This document shows positions 37,429-48,756 of a stretch of 64,000 bases of DNA, piece after piece; within the stretch, counting starts at the first letter, position 1; each line of letters opens with the position of its first letter. Origin of the DNA: a bacterium (GTDB taxonomy: Bacteria > Patescibacteriota > Patescibacteriia > UBA10025); NCBI GenBank assembly GCA_021815445.1, contig JAKAGM010000001.1, positions 723,710 through 787,709 on the forward strand, in the 5' to 3' direction. Both the position numbers and the translations under genes were made by a program. The notes under the pieces are model-generated. The model searched no databases and was not told where the DNA came from. It saw only the letters and a list, made by a program, of their open reading frames with translations.

Positions 37429-38034
37429 ATGAAGAAACCGAACTCGAAAGAAGAACGCCTCTTTAAAAAACTTGGATTCAAATATATAGCAGGCGCCGAC
37501 GAAGTAGGGCGCGGCGCGTGGGCGGGGCCGCTTGTCGCGGCGGCGGTCATCCTGCCCGAGAACCATAGGATCAGGGGAATCAACGATTCCAAGAAACTCT
37601 CCCAAACAACGCGAGAGATCCTTTTTGATATCATCATCGACCGGGCTGTCGCGTGGTCGACAGTGATTATTCCCAATACTGACATAGACCGTCTCGGTAT
37701 CGGCGTCGTAAATAAACAAGCTCTCGCTGCGGCTATAACCAAGCTTTCTCCCAAGCCGCACGTCGCGCTCATTGACGCCATGAAAATCGACACCACACTT
37801 CCCTGCAAGAGCATTGTCAGAGGAGACGAAAAGGTTGAGATCATCGCCGCCGCATCAATCGTAGCAAAAGTCACGCGTGATCGGCTTATGTCAGATTATC
37901 ATCGGACATTTCCCCAGTACGGATTCCGAAATCACAAAGGATATGGAACTGCCGCCCACAGGAAAAAAATAATCCTCCACGGACTGACACCGCTGCATAG
38001 GCGTTCTTTCAGTCCGATGAAATACATGGCTTAA
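37429..38034 (+). CDS. rnhB: ribonuclease HII
   Basis: IAGADEVGRGAWAGPLVAAAVIL...DSKKLS catalytic motifs. Confidence 0.85.
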   Translation: MKKPNSKEERLFKKLGFKYIAGADEVGRGAWAGPLVAAAVILPENHRIRGINDSKKLSQTTREILFDIIIDRAVAWSTVIIPNTDIDRLGIGVVNKQALAAAITKLSPKPHVALIDAMKIDTTLPCKSIVRGDEKVEIIAAASIVAKVTRDRLMSDYHRTFPQYGFRNHKGYGTAAHRKKIILHGLTPLHRRSFSPMKYMA

Positions 38035-38065
38035 TGCACCGTTTGTGCTATACTGGTAACTGGCT

Positions 38066-38626
38066 ATGACAAAAATACCATCGGGAAATTCTTTCCTGAA
38101 TCCGCAACGCATCCTGCATGATCTCGGGCTCAAGCCCGGAGACAAAGTTGCCGACCTCGGATGCGGCGGTGCGGCGTATTTTGTATTGCAGGCGGCGAAG
38201 ATTGTCGGCAACAGGGGCGTCGTATACGGCGTCGATGTGCTCAAGAGCGCGCTGTCCGGGCTCAAGAGCCGCCTCGCCCTTCACGGAATTACCAACGTCG
38301 TGCCCGTGTGGTCGAATGTGGAAGTCTACAAAGGAGCGAAACGGATCAAGGATAACTCGCTCGACTACTCGATGATTATTAATACGCTGTTCCAATCGAA
38401 GGACAAACCGGCCATGCTTCGCGAAGCAATCCGTATCACTGCCCATGGCGGCAGGCTGGTGATCATAGATTGGAAAACAGGTGGACTTACCTTCGGTCCG
38501 AATGTAAATCAGCTCGTCTCGCCCCAGGGAGTTCAGAACATTGTAGTAGGGCAACATCATCTCACGCTCCAGAGAGTATTCGAGCCCGGCCCGTACCATT
38601 TCGGACTGGTCTTTGTAAAGGAATAA
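38066..38626 (+). CDS. class I SAM-dependent methyltransferase
   Basis: VADLGCGGAAY motif I (GxGxG), 186 aa; extended -10 only ~12 nt upstream (near-leaderless). Confidence 0.7.
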   Translation: MTKIPSGNSFLNPQRILHDLGLKPGDKVADLGCGGAAYFVLQAAKIVGNRGVVYGVDVLKSALSGLKSRLALHGITNVVPVWSNVEVYKGAKRIKDNSLDYSMIINTLFQSKDKPAMLREAIRITAHGGRLVIIDWKTGGLTFGPNVNQLVSPQGVQNIVVGQHHLTLQRVFEPGPYHFGLVFVKE

Positions 38627-38668
38627 CAGCGGCGGTCTCAGGAGCACAAGCAATCTTTTTTTCTCATT

Positions 38669-39022
38669 ATGCCTTCTCCCCGACAACGAAGCGGAGATGC
38701 CGGCGAGCGAATAGCGCGCCGCTTTTTGGAAAAAAAAGGATACTCAATAGTTGATGAACATGTAAGGACGCGCAATGGGGAGATAGACCTCATCGCTCTC
38801 GACGGCAATGAGCTTGTGTTTATCGAGGTAAAAATGAGGACAAACGGGGTTTTTGGGTCAGCCGAAGACGCTATCACGGACCAAAAGCTCGCCCGATTAC
38901 AACAGGCCATTGATGCCTACCTTCTCCTGTATCCGGAAAGCCAGCCGTATCGGCTTGATTGTATATGCATTATTATCGAAAATCACACTCCGCGCATCAG
39001 GCACTACGAATCATGTGGATAG
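38669..39022 (+). CDS. YraN/UPF0102 family endonuclease
   Basis: GDAGERIARRFLEKKGYSIVDEHVRTRNGEIDLIALDGNELVFIEVK matches UPF0102; classic rnhB-yraN neighbourhood. Confidence 0.8.
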   Translation: MPSPRQRSGDAGERIARRFLEKKGYSIVDEHVRTRNGEIDLIALDGNELVFIEVKMRTNGVFGSAEDAITDQKLARLQQAIDAYLLLYPESQPYRLDCICIIIENHTPRIRHYESCG

Positions 39023-39119
39023 GCGCCCTTGCGCTTTTTACCGGTATCCCCTATACTCGCACCATAAGACTAGTTATTGAAGACTAGTCTTTTTTATTTG
39101 AAACATTCACACCATACCT

Positions 39120-40541
39120 ATGCCACAATCCCCAATACTGCAGGCAATGAAGCAGATTGCCGAGGAAAAAAACATCTCAATGCAAGCCGTTATCGAAACT
39201 ATCGAAGCGGCGCTAGCCGTCGCGTACAGAAAGGACTTCGGCGAAAAGAATCAGAATGTGAAGGTCGAGTTTAACGCCGAGACTGCTCACGCGCGGGTCT
39301 TTGACGTCAAGACTGTTGTAGAAGATGAAAAGGTGAAGAAATACGAGGAGATGATGGCTGAAAGGGAAAAACGGCGGTTGGAAGAACTGGAGCAGGGCGC
39401 GACAGAAAAGAAAAAAGACGAAACACCGGTTGAAGACCACACGGCCGTCCAGGATGAAGAGGAAAAAGAGGACAGATTTGATCCGAAAAAAGAGATCGGC
39501 ATCACCGAAGCGCAAAAAACGCACAAGAAGAGCGCAATCGGCGACATTATAAAAACTGAACTCTTTCCCCCGGCGGCGTATGGACGTATGGCGGCACAGA
39601 CTGCGAAACAGGTTATCATCCAGCGTTTGCGCGAAGCAGAGCGGGAAACCATATATAACGAATTTAAAGATAAGGAAGGCCAGCTTATCAACGGCACAGT
39701 ACAGCGGCTGGAAGGAAAGATGGCGCTGATAGATCTTGGCCGGACGACTGCCCTTCTGCCGCCATCCGAACAGGTTATGCAGGAGCGGTACCGCCCCAGC
39801 CAGCGATTGAAGCTGTATGTGGTCGCGGTTAATACCACGCCCAAGGGACCTGAGATAGTTGTCTCGAGGTCGCATCCCGACTTGGTGAAACGTCTCTTTA
39901 CTATGGAAGTCCCCGAAATAAATAACGGTTCGGTGGAGATTAAAGCCATTGCCCGTGAAGCAGGGTCCAGGTCAAAAGTTGCCGTCATCGCGCACCAGGC
40001 GAATATTGATCCTGTCGGGTCGTGCGTCGGCCAGCGTGGCAGCCGCGTGCAGACAATTATTTCCGAGCTTGGCGGGGAAAAAATAGATATCATCGAATGG
40101 TCCGACGATCCGGAGATTTTCATCGCCAATGCCCTCTCGCCGGCGAAAGTATTGAGCGTCAAAACCAATACCGAGGACAAAACAGCTCTTGCTGAAGTGA
40201 AAGAAGACCAGCTTTCGCTTGCAATCGGCAAAGCCGGGCAAAACGTCAGGCTCTCCGCGAAACTTTCCGGATGGAAAATAGACATCGTCGGTGAAGGAGG
40301 AGTGAAGCCCGATAAAGAACGGAAAAAAGAACAGGCGGCGGAAACTCCTGAAATTCAGCAACCGGCGACAGAGGCAGGTGAGCAACCTGTTCAGGAACCG
40401 GAACAGCCCGCAGCAGCGAATGAAGAGATCATTTCTCCTGCACCTCAGGAACCTGAAGCGCCAAAAAAAGAAACTCCGGTAGTTCCGCCTGCGGAATCGG
40501 CGACAGATGCTGAGTCAAAAGACGATTCAACAATAAAATAA
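39120..40541 (+). CDS. nusA: transcription termination/antitermination factor NusA with acidic insertion and C-terminal Pro/Glu/Ala-rich tail
   Basis: N-terminal NusA_N ([23 protein letters not shown]), S1 ([16 protein letters not shown]), KH1/KH2 ([19 protein letters not shown]; [21 protein letters not shown]). Confidence 0.8.
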   Translation: MPQSPILQAMKQIAEEKNISMQAVIETIEAALAVAYRKDFGEKNQNVKVEFNAETAHARVFDVKTVVEDEKVKKYEEMMAEREKRRLEELEQGATEKKKDETPVEDHTAVQDEEEKEDRFDPKKEIGITEAQKTHKKSAIGDIIKTELFPPAAYGRMAAQTAKQVIIQRLREAERETIYNEFKDKEGQLINGTVQRLEGKMALIDLGRTTALLPPSEQVMQERYRPSQRLKLYVVAVNTTPKGPEIVVSRSHPDLVKRLFTMEVPEINNGSVEIKAIAREAGSRSKVAVIAHQANIDPVGSCVGQRGSRVQTIISELGGEKIDIIEWSDDPEIFIANALSPAKVLSVKTNTEDKTALAEVKEDQLSLAIGKAGQNVRLSAKLSGWKIDIVGEGGVKPDKERKKEQAAETPEIQQPATEAGEQPVQEPEQPAAANEEIISPAPQEPEAPKKETPVVPPAESATDAESKDDSTIK

Positions 40542-40561
40542 TAACTACTAACGATCCATCT

Positions 40562-42556
40562 ATGCGACTTCCTCTCGTTATAGCTCTCTCAAGCGGCGTT
40601 GCCGCCCTACTTTTTGCCGTATTTCTCATCCGATGGGTGCTGAGCAGGCCCCGGGGAGACAGTGTCATGCAATCAATCGCGTCCGCTATCCAAGAGGGCG
40701 CCAACGCATATCTGAACAGACAGTATAGGACCATTGCCGGCATTGCCGTTGTTATCTTCATCGTGCTGTGGTTTTGGCTTGGCATTATCACTGCACTCGG
40801 ATTTGTCATCGGCGCCGGGTTGTCTGCCCTTGCCGGCTACATAGGCATGAACGTATCCGTACGGGCCAATGTTCGGACTGCTGAAGCGGCAAAAGACGGT
40901 CTCGCCGCGGCATTTACTCTCGCCACTCGGGGCGGAGCCGTAACCGGCCTTTTCGTGGTCGGACTCGGGCTGATTGGCGTTGCCGGTTTTTACGCGATAT
41001 TCCAGAACATCTCCGCGTTGATCGGGCTCGGATTCGGCGCAAGCTTGATTTCTATTTTCGCCAGGCTCGGCGGAGGCATCTATACCAAAGCGGCTGATGT
41101 CGGCGCCGATCTGGTGGGAAAGCTGGAAGCGGGCATCCCGGAAGACGACCCGAGAAATGCAGGAGTCATCGCGGATAATGTTGGCGATAACGTCGGCGAT
41201 TGTGCGGGCATGGCCGCGGACCTTTTTGAAACATATGCAGTCACCGCAATTGCGGCCATGATTCTCGGCTCACTCCTTTTTCACGGGTCAAAGGATGTCA
41301 TTATGTACCCCCTCCTGCTCGGGGCAATTTCCATAGCCGCTTCAATCATCAGCATCTTCTTTATCCGCCTCGGAAAAAATAAGAACATCATGGGCGCGCT
41401 CTATAAAGGGCTTATTGCTTCCGGAGTGCTCGCGGCAATCGGCTTCTGGCCGGCCACTCAGTGGCTTATGGCGTCGAACGGCCAATACACGGTATCGAAC
41501 CTGTATTTCTCCGCGCTTATCGGACTCGCGGTTACCGCGTGCATCGTTGTTATCACTGAGTACTACACATCAGCGAAATATAAACCGGTGCGAAGCATAG
41601 CGGAGAGTTCGGTGACGGGGCACGGAACGAATATTATTAGCGGGATCGCGGTCGGGATGAAATCCACCGCGCTGCCGGTTATCGCAATCGTTGCAGGCAT
41701 CTGGGGCGCATATTCGCTCGCACATTTGTACGGAATTGCAATTGCTGTCACCAGCATGCTCTCGCTTGCCGGAATCATCGTGACTATCGATGCGTATGGT
41801 CCCATTACCGACAATGCAGGCGGGATCGCCGAGATGGCCAAGCTTCCGGAGGATGTAAGGAATGTCACCGATCCGCTTGACGCCGTCGGCAATACGACAA
41901 AAGCGGTTACAAAAGGATACGCGATAGGATCAGCCGGACTTGCCGCCGTAGTACTCTTCGCATCATACACGCAGGAACTTGCGAACAGGGGTAAGGATCT
42001 GCTTTTTTCTCTCTCAGACCCCCATGTGCTTATCGGGCTTTTTATCGGCGGCCTCCTCCCTTATTACTTCGGCGCACAGGCGATGCAGGCGGTCGGTAAA
42101 GTTGCCCAAAAAGTTGTCCAAGAAGTCAGACGGCAATTTGCCGAGATCAAAGGCATTATGCAGGGCACGGAGAAGCCGGACTACGCCCGCGCCGTCGATA
42201 TCGTGACCAAGGGCGCAATCCGCGAAATGGTAATCCCAGCATTAATCCCCGTAGTCGTGCCGATAGCCGTCGGGTTGCTCTTGGGCCCGGTAGCTCTCGG
42301 GGGATTGCTCGTGGGCAGTATTATTACCGGTATTTTCGTCGCGATTTCAATGACCTCCGGCGGAGGCGCATGGGATAATGCGAAGAAATATATCGAGCAG
42401 GGCAATTTCGGGGGCAAGGGTTCGCCCGCCCATCAGGCCGCAATAACAGGCGACACCGTCGGCGATCCTTATAAGGACACTGCCGGACCCGCGATGAACC
42501 CAATGATTAAAGTCCTGAATATCGTCGCTCTCCTTATCGTCGGGCTTTTACACTAA
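40562..42556 (+). CDS. hppA: membrane-bound H+/Na+-translocating pyrophosphatase
   Basis: 664 aa, ~16 TM; [50 protein letters not shown] signatures. Confidence 0.9.
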   Translation: MRLPLVIALSSGVAALLFAVFLIRWVLSRPRGDSVMQSIASAIQEGANAYLNRQYRTIAGIAVVIFIVLWFWLGIITALGFVIGAGLSALAGYIGMNVSVRANVRTAEAAKDGLAAAFTLATRGGAVTGLFVVGLGLIGVAGFYAIFQNISALIGLGFGASLISIFARLGGGIYTKAADVGADLVGKLEAGIPEDDPRNAGVIADNVGDNVGDCAGMAADLFETYAVTAIAAMILGSLLFHGSKDVIMYPLLLGAISIAASIISIFFIRLGKNKNIMGALYKGLIASGVLAAIGFWPATQWLMASNGQYTVSNLYFSALIGLAVTACIVVITEYYTSAKYKPVRSIAESSVTGHGTNIISGIAVGMKSTALPVIAIVAGIWGAYSLAHLYGIAIAVTSMLSLAGIIVTIDAYGPITDNAGGIAEMAKLPEDVRNVTDPLDAVGNTTKAVTKGYAIGSAGLAAVVLFASYTQELANRGKDLLFSLSDPHVLIGLFIGGLLPYYFGAQAMQAVGKVAQKVVQEVRRQFAEIKGIMQGTEKPDYARAVDIVTKGAIREMVIPALIPVVVPIAVGLLLGPVALGGLLVGSIITGIFVAISMTSGGGAWDNAKKYIEQGNFGGKGSPAHQAAITGDTVGDPYKDTAGPAMNPMIKVLNIVALLIVGLLH

Positions 42557-42564
42557 AAAAGCGT

Positions 42565-43194
42565 ATGTCAAAGTTCCTCGACAAAGTACTGGTGCCGTGG
42601 ACGGCCAGCCGTGTAGAACGGGTCGAGGGAAATGAATATCTTCCCCGCGTGGGACCTGCGCTCATTGTACCCAACCACATCAGCTACTTTGACCCGATCA
42701 TTCTCTACGGGTACCTGGCGAAGCTTACCGGGCGCAAGACGCACTTTTTATCGCTGACTGCGTACTGGAAGTTTCCGGGTGCGAATACTATTGCACGGTG
42801 GATACAACCGGCCTTCCTTGACAAGAGGAGGCCCGCGGCGGCTCTCGATATCATGAAAAGGTTCTTGGAGCGCGGAGAAATGTGCGCAATTTACCCCGAA
42901 GGGTCGCGAAATCCCGGACCGGAGCTTCTCAAGGGCAAGACCGGCGCTGCACGGCTGGCGCTCTGGACCCACGTTCCCGTAATACCGGCAGGCATCATCG
43001 GTCCCGCCACGCGCAGCGCAACAGTCGCATGGAAAAAATTTCTGCTCAATGAGAAGTTCCGTATTCGCTTCGGTAAGCCGTTGGATTTCAGCCCCTACCA
43101 CAACCAGCCGATAACGAAAGACCTGCTGTACAGCGCGACCCGAGTGATTATGAAGGCCGTCGGATCGCTCTGCGAAAAATCATACCTTTTCTAA
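42565..43194 (+). CDS. lysophospholipid (1-acyl-sn-glycerol-3-phosphate) acyltransferase, PlsC family
   Basis: NHISYFD (HX4D) and IYPEGSRN motifs. Confidence 0.75.
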   Translation: MSKFLDKVLVPWTASRVERVEGNEYLPRVGPALIVPNHISYFDPIILYGYLAKLTGRKTHFLSLTAYWKFPGANTIARWIQPAFLDKRRPAAALDIMKRFLERGEMCAIYPEGSRNPGPELLKGKTGAARLALWTHVPVIPAGIIGPATRSATVAWKKFLLNEKFRIRFGKPLDFSPYHNQPITKDLLYSATRVIMKAVGSLCEKSYLF

Positions 43195-43201
43195 AACGCC
43201 A

Positions 43202-43831
43202 ATGGCATATCCGTTTGCCCGCAATCTCTTCGTTCCCGTACTCCAATTTTTCATTCGGTCGGCGAAGGGTGTAGAGAACGTCCCGGAACACGGACCCTGC
43301 ATACTTGCATGCAAGCACACGGGCCCTCTCGACGGCGTCTTTATGGCCGCGGTTATCGTGCCGAAGATAAAACAGAAGATTCACTTCATCACCAATCCGG
43401 CGCGGTGCGGGTGGCTTTGGGAAAAAATTGTCGTCCAGCGCTGGGCCGGGGCGATTCCGTATAATAAAAAGGATCCTGCGCGCTGTTTGGATCTGGCCCA
43501 GGACTACCTGCGAAAAGGCAAGTTTGTGGGCATCTTCCCGGGCGGCCTGCTTCAAAATCCCGAGGCAACGCAGCGGCGGGGCAAAACCGGAGTTGCACGC
43601 CTGGCATTATGGACACGCGCGCCGGTACTGCCCATTGGACTGCATAATTTCAAAGTGCTCAAACGGGGCAAGATGATTATTACTCACCTCAGAAACCCCC
43701 ACAATATGCGCATCACGATAGGCAAGCCTATGACATTCTCCGACGCATATAACAAACCTATCACCTATGGCCTTCTTCGGGAGATAACGGCGCGCATCGT
43801 AGATCGGATCGAGCAGCTGAGTGCAATGTAA
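43202..43831 (+). CDS. PlsC-family acyltransferase paralog 2
   Basis: CKHTGPLDG (HX4D variant), IFPGG; paralogous to next gene (~45% identity by eye). Confidence 0.6.
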   Translation: MAYPFARNLFVPVLQFFIRSAKGVENVPEHGPCILACKHTGPLDGVFMAAVIVPKIKQKIHFITNPARCGWLWEKIVVQRWAGAIPYNKKDPARCLDLAQDYLRKGKFVGIFPGGLLQNPEATQRRGKTGVARLALWTRAPVLPIGLHNFKVLKRGKMIITHLRNPHNMRITIGKPMTFSDAYNKPITYGLLREITARIVDRIEQLSAM

Positions 43832-43857
43832 ATAACTCATACGAAACCCAGCGGATA

Positions 43858-44493
43858 ATGCATAATGTTTACCCTATCTCACGGCATACACTCCTACGGT
43901 TCCTCAATCTCTTTGTGAAAAAAATTGAAGGCATTGAACACATTCCAAAAAACGGTCCCTACATCATCGCATGCAAGCACACGGCTCCTCTCGACGGTGA
44001 GATTATCGGAGCGGCAATTGTTCCAAAAATTAACAGGAAAATCCATTTTATTACCAATGTTGCAAAACTGGGCCCATTATGGGAAAAAATGATCGCAGAA
44101 CGATGGGCGGGATGTATTACATTCGACCGCGAACAGAGAGGCCGTTGCCTTGAAGTAGCTGCCGAGCATCTGCGGCAGGGGAAAGTTGTGGGGATTTTTC
44201 CAAGCGGTCTTCTCGAAGAGCAGCAGGCCCTAAACGACTACAGCGGCAAAACAGGGGTAGCGCGCCTCGCATTATGGTCCCGGGCGCCGGTCATCCCCAT
44301 AGGAATACGCAATTTCCATTACCTGAGCCTCAGGACAATGATTTGGAAACATCTCACGCACCCTCATACGATGGTAATCAGGATTGGCAAACCGATGACA
44401 TTCCCGGATGCATACAGCAAAGAAACTACCTACCCGCTCCTGCGCGACATGACAAAGAGTATCATGAGCACCCTCGACGCTCTAAGCAACTAA
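43858..44493 (+). CDS. PlsC-family acyltransferase paralog 3
   Basis: CKHTAPLDG, IFPSG; same architecture as 43202-43831. Confidence 0.6.
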   Translation: MHNVYPISRHTLLRFLNLFVKKIEGIEHIPKNGPYIIACKHTAPLDGEIIGAAIVPKINRKIHFITNVAKLGPLWEKMIAERWAGCITFDREQRGRCLEVAAEHLRQGKVVGIFPSGLLEEQQALNDYSGKTGVARLALWSRAPVIPIGIRNFHYLSLRTMIWKHLTHPHTMVIRIGKPMTFPDAYSKETTYPLLRDMTKSIMSTLDALSN

Positions 44494-44513
44494 CCGCTAT
44501 AATCAAACAACAT

Positions 44514-45965
44514 ATGGAATGGCATGAACTTTCTCACGCGACACAGGAGGAGCAGCGTGAAATCCAAAACCAAAAACTTCGCCATCTGATGCGGCATGAG
44601 ATTATGTTTTCCCCGTATTACCGCACATTGTTTGCGAAGCACGAAATCGATCCGCGGAGCATCAGAACTACTGACGATTTGGTCAAACTTCCGTTTACGT
44701 CAAAAGGGGACCTCGCTCCGACAGAGAGCGATCCCGCCAAGCCCCGACAGTTCATCCTCCAGCCCGATGAGCACCTGATCAAAAAGTATTCTTCATTCCC
44801 AAGATTGCTTAAAATACTCGGCATGAAGATAAGCGGCACGGATCCCAAGCCCATGCTTGAGTGGGAATATAAACCTATCCACATGCATTTCACGACGGGG
44901 CGTACTGCTTTCCCGACGCCTTTCACGTACTCGGCACGGGATCTCGAAACATTAAAAGAAAGCGGGAAACGAATGCTTGACGTTATTGCGGTTCCAAACT
45001 CGATCGTCGCTATCAACGCATTTCCGTACGCCCCTCATCTCGCCTTTTGGCTGTCTTTTTTCGCGTTAACCGCGGTGGGGATGACCTCGATGCAGACCGG
45101 CGGAGGCAAGATTACCGGAACCCAAAAAATACTTGACTCGCTCGAGAGGATGAAAGGCGGATTGCTCATGGGCATTCCGGGGTACATCTACCATCTCCTC
45201 CGCACAGCCAGGGAGCAAAAGCGCAACCTGGAAAATATCCAATATGTCGTCTTTGGCGGAGAGCGGGCAAGCCCAGGCCTGCGTGAAAAAGTAAAAGCAA
45301 TGCTCCGAGAAATGGGGGCAAAAGATCCGAAGATATTCGTGACCTATGCGTTTACTGAAGGGAAAACCGCGTGGATCCAGTGCCATGAGACCGAGGGATA
45401 CCATCTCTACTCGGACCTCGAATATTTCGAAGTCATTGATAAAGAGGGAAAACGGGTTCCCGAGGGCCAACCTGGCGAGCTCGTCTATACAGCGCTCGAC
45501 TGGCACGGATCGGTAGTACTTCGGTATAGAACGGGCGACATGGTCCAAGGGATTGAATACGGACAGTGCCCGTCATGCGGAAAGACGACACCTCGTATTC
45601 TCCCAGACATTCAGCGGACATCTGAAATTAAAGAGTTTCACCTCACCAAGATAAAGGGCGAGCTTATTAACTTGAACCAATTCTTCCCCATGCTCTCAGG
45701 GATGCCCAATATCGAGGAGTGGCAGTTGGAGATGAAAAAGCACAATGATGATCCTCATGGTCTGGACGAGCTTATTCTTTACGTCTGCCCAAAAAAAGGA
45801 TACGATTTTGCGGCTGTCAAACAGGAAGTGACGCGAAAAATCCACAATGATATTATGGTGACCGTCAACGTGGTTGAGAAGCCGCTGAGCGAACTTCTCG
45901 CCCGCCTCGGCATGGAAACTGAACTTAAAGAGAAACGCATAATCGATAATCGACCGAAAAATTAA
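44514..45965 (+). CDS. adenylate-forming enzyme, phenylacetate-CoA ligase (PaaK)/coenzyme F390 synthetase-like
   Basis: Start set at MEWHELS (ATG 44514, right after upstream stop); LPFTSKGDL motif typical of PaaK family; ORF-track N-terminal 80 aa (overlapping previous gene) rejected. Confidence 0.55.
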   Translation: MEWHELSHATQEEQREIQNQKLRHLMRHEIMFSPYYRTLFAKHEIDPRSIRTTDDLVKLPFTSKGDLAPTESDPAKPRQFILQPDEHLIKKYSSFPRLLKILGMKISGTDPKPMLEWEYKPIHMHFTTGRTAFPTPFTYSARDLETLKESGKRMLDVIAVPNSIVAINAFPYAPHLAFWLSFFALTAVGMTSMQTGGGKITGTQKILDSLERMKGGLLMGIPGYIYHLLRTAREQKRNLENIQYVVFGGERASPGLREKVKAMLREMGAKDPKIFVTYAFTEGKTAWIQCHETEGYHLYSDLEYFEVIDKEGKRVPEGQPGELVYTALDWHGSVVLRYRTGDMVQGIEYGQCPSCGKTTPRILPDIQRTSEIKEFHLTKIKGELINLNQFFPMLSGMPNIEEWQLEMKKHNDDPHGLDELILYVCPKKGYDFAAVKQEVTRKIHNDIMVTVNVVEKPLSELLARLGMETELKEKRIIDNRPKN

Positions 45966-45966
45966 C

Positions 45967-47253
45967 ATGAATATCCAGCAAAAAAAACTGCCCAAAAGCC
46001 AGATGGAGCTCACCATTGAACTCTCCCATGATCGGCTCCAGAAATACCTTAGCCGTGCCGCTGAGGACATTTCACGTGAGCTGAATATTCCAGGATTTCG
46101 CCCCGGCAAGGCCCCGTATGAGCTTGTCGAAAAGCGGGTCGGAGCCCAGCGCATCCTCCAGCATGCGGCGGAATATGCGGTCCAGGATTCGTATCCGGAA
46201 GCCATCATGCAGCTAAAACTCATCACTATAGGCAGTCCAAAGATTGAGCTCCGGAAGCTTGCACCGGGCAATCCGCTCGTCTACTCCGCTACAGTCGCCC
46301 TCCTTCCCGAGATAACACTCGGCGATTATACGAAGTTTAAGGAAAAAAAGAAAACCGTCGCGATCGAGCCGAAAGAAGTAGACGAGACTATTTCGAACAT
46401 CCGACGCATGTATGGCAAGGAAAAACGCGTCAACCGCCGTGCAAGAAAAGGAGATAAAGTGGAAATTGATCTCGCGATATTCAGGGATAAAGTGCCTATA
46501 GACGGGGGGGAAACCAAAAACCACCCCGTAGTGATTGGCGAAAGTAAGTTCATCCCGGGTTTTGAGGAAAAACTGATCGAGATGGGGGAAAATGAAAAAA
46601 AACAGTTCGCGTTGACGTTCCCAGGAAACTATCATAATAAAAATCTCGCAGATAAAGAAGCGACGTTTCACGTGACGGTCAAAGGGGTATATGAGATTGA
46701 GCTGTCCCCGCTCGACGACGCTTTTGCCAAAACCGTGGCGAACCTCGAAAAGATGGAAGACCTCCGCAAGCGCATCGAGGATAACATCCGTACGGAAAAA
46801 ACTGAGCGTGAGCAGCAGCGCTTCGAGCTGGCCCTGCTCGATGAAGTCATCGGCAGATCCAAATTCGGCGACATCCCCGATATGCTGATGCAAAACGAGC
46901 TCGATCGGATGATCCATGAGCTCAAAAGCGATATCGAGCACCGTGGGATGAAATTCGAGGACTACCTCCAGAGCCTGAAAAAAACCGAGGAGGCGGTGCG
47001 GCAGGGACTCGTGGAATCGGCGGAACGGAGAATCAGGGGCGCACTGGTCATTCGTGAGATTACCCTGCGCGAAAAAATCACCGTCTCCGCGCAGGAAATT
47101 GCCGATGAGCTCAAGCGGGAAAAAATGCTCCATGCAGGACATGACCATGACATGTCGACACTGGAGTCGGACGGGTATAAAGATTATCTTCGCACGACGC
47201 TGACGAACAAAAAAGTACTCAGGAAACTTGAAGAGTTCGCACTTACAAAGTAA
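45967..47253 (+). CDS. tig: trigger factor
   Basis: 428 aa; N-terminal ribosome-binding GFRPGKAP motif, PPIase-like middle, C-terminal helical arm. Confidence 0.85.
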   Translation: MNIQQKKLPKSQMELTIELSHDRLQKYLSRAAEDISRELNIPGFRPGKAPYELVEKRVGAQRILQHAAEYAVQDSYPEAIMQLKLITIGSPKIELRKLAPGNPLVYSATVALLPEITLGDYTKFKEKKKTVAIEPKEVDETISNIRRMYGKEKRVNRRARKGDKVEIDLAIFRDKVPIDGGETKNHPVVIGESKFIPGFEEKLIEMGENEKKQFALTFPGNYHNKNLADKEATFHVTVKGVYEIELSPLDDAFAKTVANLEKMEDLRKRIEDNIRTEKTEREQQRFELALLDEVIGRSKFGDIPDMLMQNELDRMIHELKSDIEHRGMKFEDYLQSLKKTEEAVRQGLVESAERRIRGALVIREITLREKITVSAQEIADELKREKMLHAGHDHDMSTLESDGYKDYLRTTLTNKKVLRKLEEFALTK

Positions 47254-47268
47254 GCTATCGAAAAAAAT

Positions 47269-48099
47269 ATGTTGTTCGGCATGCATGTTTCCATAGCCGG
47301 ATCCATAGCGAATGCGCCAACAAACGCACATGAAGCGAAGTGTGAGTGCTTTCAGATGTTTTCCCGATCCCCCCAGGGAGGTCCGGCGCCCAAGCTGACC
47401 AAGGAGCTTGTGGCACAGTTCAAAGCGAACATGAAAATGTGCGGATTACATGATGCGGCAATTCACACGCCGTATTATATTAACCTCGCGTCAACAAACG
47501 ACAGGATTAGGTTGAACTCGGTACGAATTATTCGTGAGGAGTTGGAGCGTGCGAGCATACTCGGTGTCCAATACGTCATGACGCACTTAGGATCGGCAAA
47601 GGAGCAGGATGAAAAGGAAGCGTTGCAAGCTGTCGCTGACGGTTTGGACAAAATACTCAAAGGATACGCTGGATCAGCGATGCTTCTACTCGAGAACTCC
47701 GCAGGGGCGGGAAAAGTGATAGGAGACATATTCGAGGATCTCTCATTCCTTCTCAAGAAGCTTCCGAAACGCACCGGGATCTGTTTTGATACCTGCCACG
47801 CTTTTGCGTCTGGGTACGATCTTCGAACAGCGGGAGCTGTAGAGAAAACACTGAAACAGTTTGATGATACGGTTGGTATTGAGCGGTTGAAGCTAATACA
47901 TGTGAACGACTCCAAAGGCGAGGTGGGAGACCATAAAGACCGTCATGAACATATTGGCGAAGGAAAAATCGGCATTGAAGGGTTCCGGGCACTCATTGAC
48001 CATCCTAAGCTTGCACGAGTGAATATGCTGCTTGAAACTCCCCATGATGGAAAAGAAGCCGACGATATTGGTATCCTCAAAAAACTTCGTGACAAATAG
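47269..48099 (+). CDS. nfo: deoxyribonuclease IV (endonuclease IV, AP endonuclease family 2)
   Basis: HTPYYINLAS, FDTCHAFASGYDLRT, HVNDSK...DRHEHIGEGKIG motifs. Confidence 0.85.
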   Translation: MLFGMHVSIAGSIANAPTNAHEAKCECFQMFSRSPQGGPAPKLTKELVAQFKANMKMCGLHDAAIHTPYYINLASTNDRIRLNSVRIIREELERASILGVQYVMTHLGSAKEQDEKEALQAVADGLDKILKGYAGSAMLLLENSAGAGKVIGDIFEDLSFLLKKLPKRTGICFDTCHAFASGYDLRTAGAVEKTLKQFDDTVGIERLKLIHVNDSKGEVGDHKDRHEHIGEGKIGIEGFRALIDHPKLARVNMLLETPHDGKEADDIGILKKLRDK

Positions 48100-48730
48100 C
48101 AAGCTTAAAAAACGTCTGCAACGTTGCACAGGCATTGCCCTGATTACTGTGCTTATTTTGGCTTTTGCTATTGCCCTCACTCCTCTGAATGACCTCCTGA
48201 CCTTGCCGCTAACGCACGTAGAACAGCCGATAAAGGCCGACATCATTATAGTCTTGGGTAGCGGCTTAAGGCGCGACGGCACTGTAGGTAAAAACGGCCA
48301 AGAGCGCGTGCTTGAGGGGATTCTTTTGGACCAGCAAGGATTCGCACCGACAATCATCATGAGCGGCGGGCCAGTAAAACACACGGAATGGTATGAAAGC
48401 GACCAGATGGCCGCATATGCTCTCGCACACACGACTATTCCTCTGAACGTTGTTGAGGAGAGAAGGTCAACGAGCACTGAGGAGAACGCCCTGTTTTCCC
48501 ACGCGCTCATGGAGCAGAACGGCTGGAACACCGCTCTCCTCGTCACCTCATCCTTTCATACGAAACGCGCCTGCGCCGTATTCCGAAAGCAGGATATCCA
48601 GATTACCTGCGTCGCTGCCGACAAAAAGCTCGTCCCCCGCATCTCCCCAATTGACCGCTTCGACCAGTTCAAAGGCATTATCCGCGAATACGGCGCGATA
48701 GTATTTTACAAAATGAAGGGGTATATATGA
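48032..48730 (+). CDS. DUF218/YdcF (ElyC/SanA-like) family protein with N-terminal TM
   Basis: IIVLGSGL...GG...STSTEENALFS motif set; start uncertain (48032/48044 ATG overlap nfo by >50 nt; in-frame GTG at 48086 possible). Confidence 0.6.
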   Translation: MKLPMMEKKPTILVSSKNFVTNSKLKKRLQRCTGIALITVLILAFAIALTPLNDLLTLPLTHVEQPIKADIIIVLGSGLRRDGTVGKNGQERVLEGILLDQQGFAPTIIMSGGPVKHTEWYESDQMAAYALAHTTIPLNVVEERRSTSTEENALFSHALMEQNGWNTALLVTSSFHTKRACAVFRKQDIQITCVAADKKLVPRISPIDRFDQFKGIIREYGAIVFYKMKGYI

Positions 48731-48734
48731 CAGG

Positions 48735-48756
48735 GCGCACCTTTTCTTAGGTGCGC
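48735..48756. repeat. palindromic hairpin GCGCACCT-tttctt-AGGTGCGC (copy 1)
   Basis: Near-identical copy at 49769-49790 and a 5'-half-only copy at 50624-50637. Confidence 0.6.
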
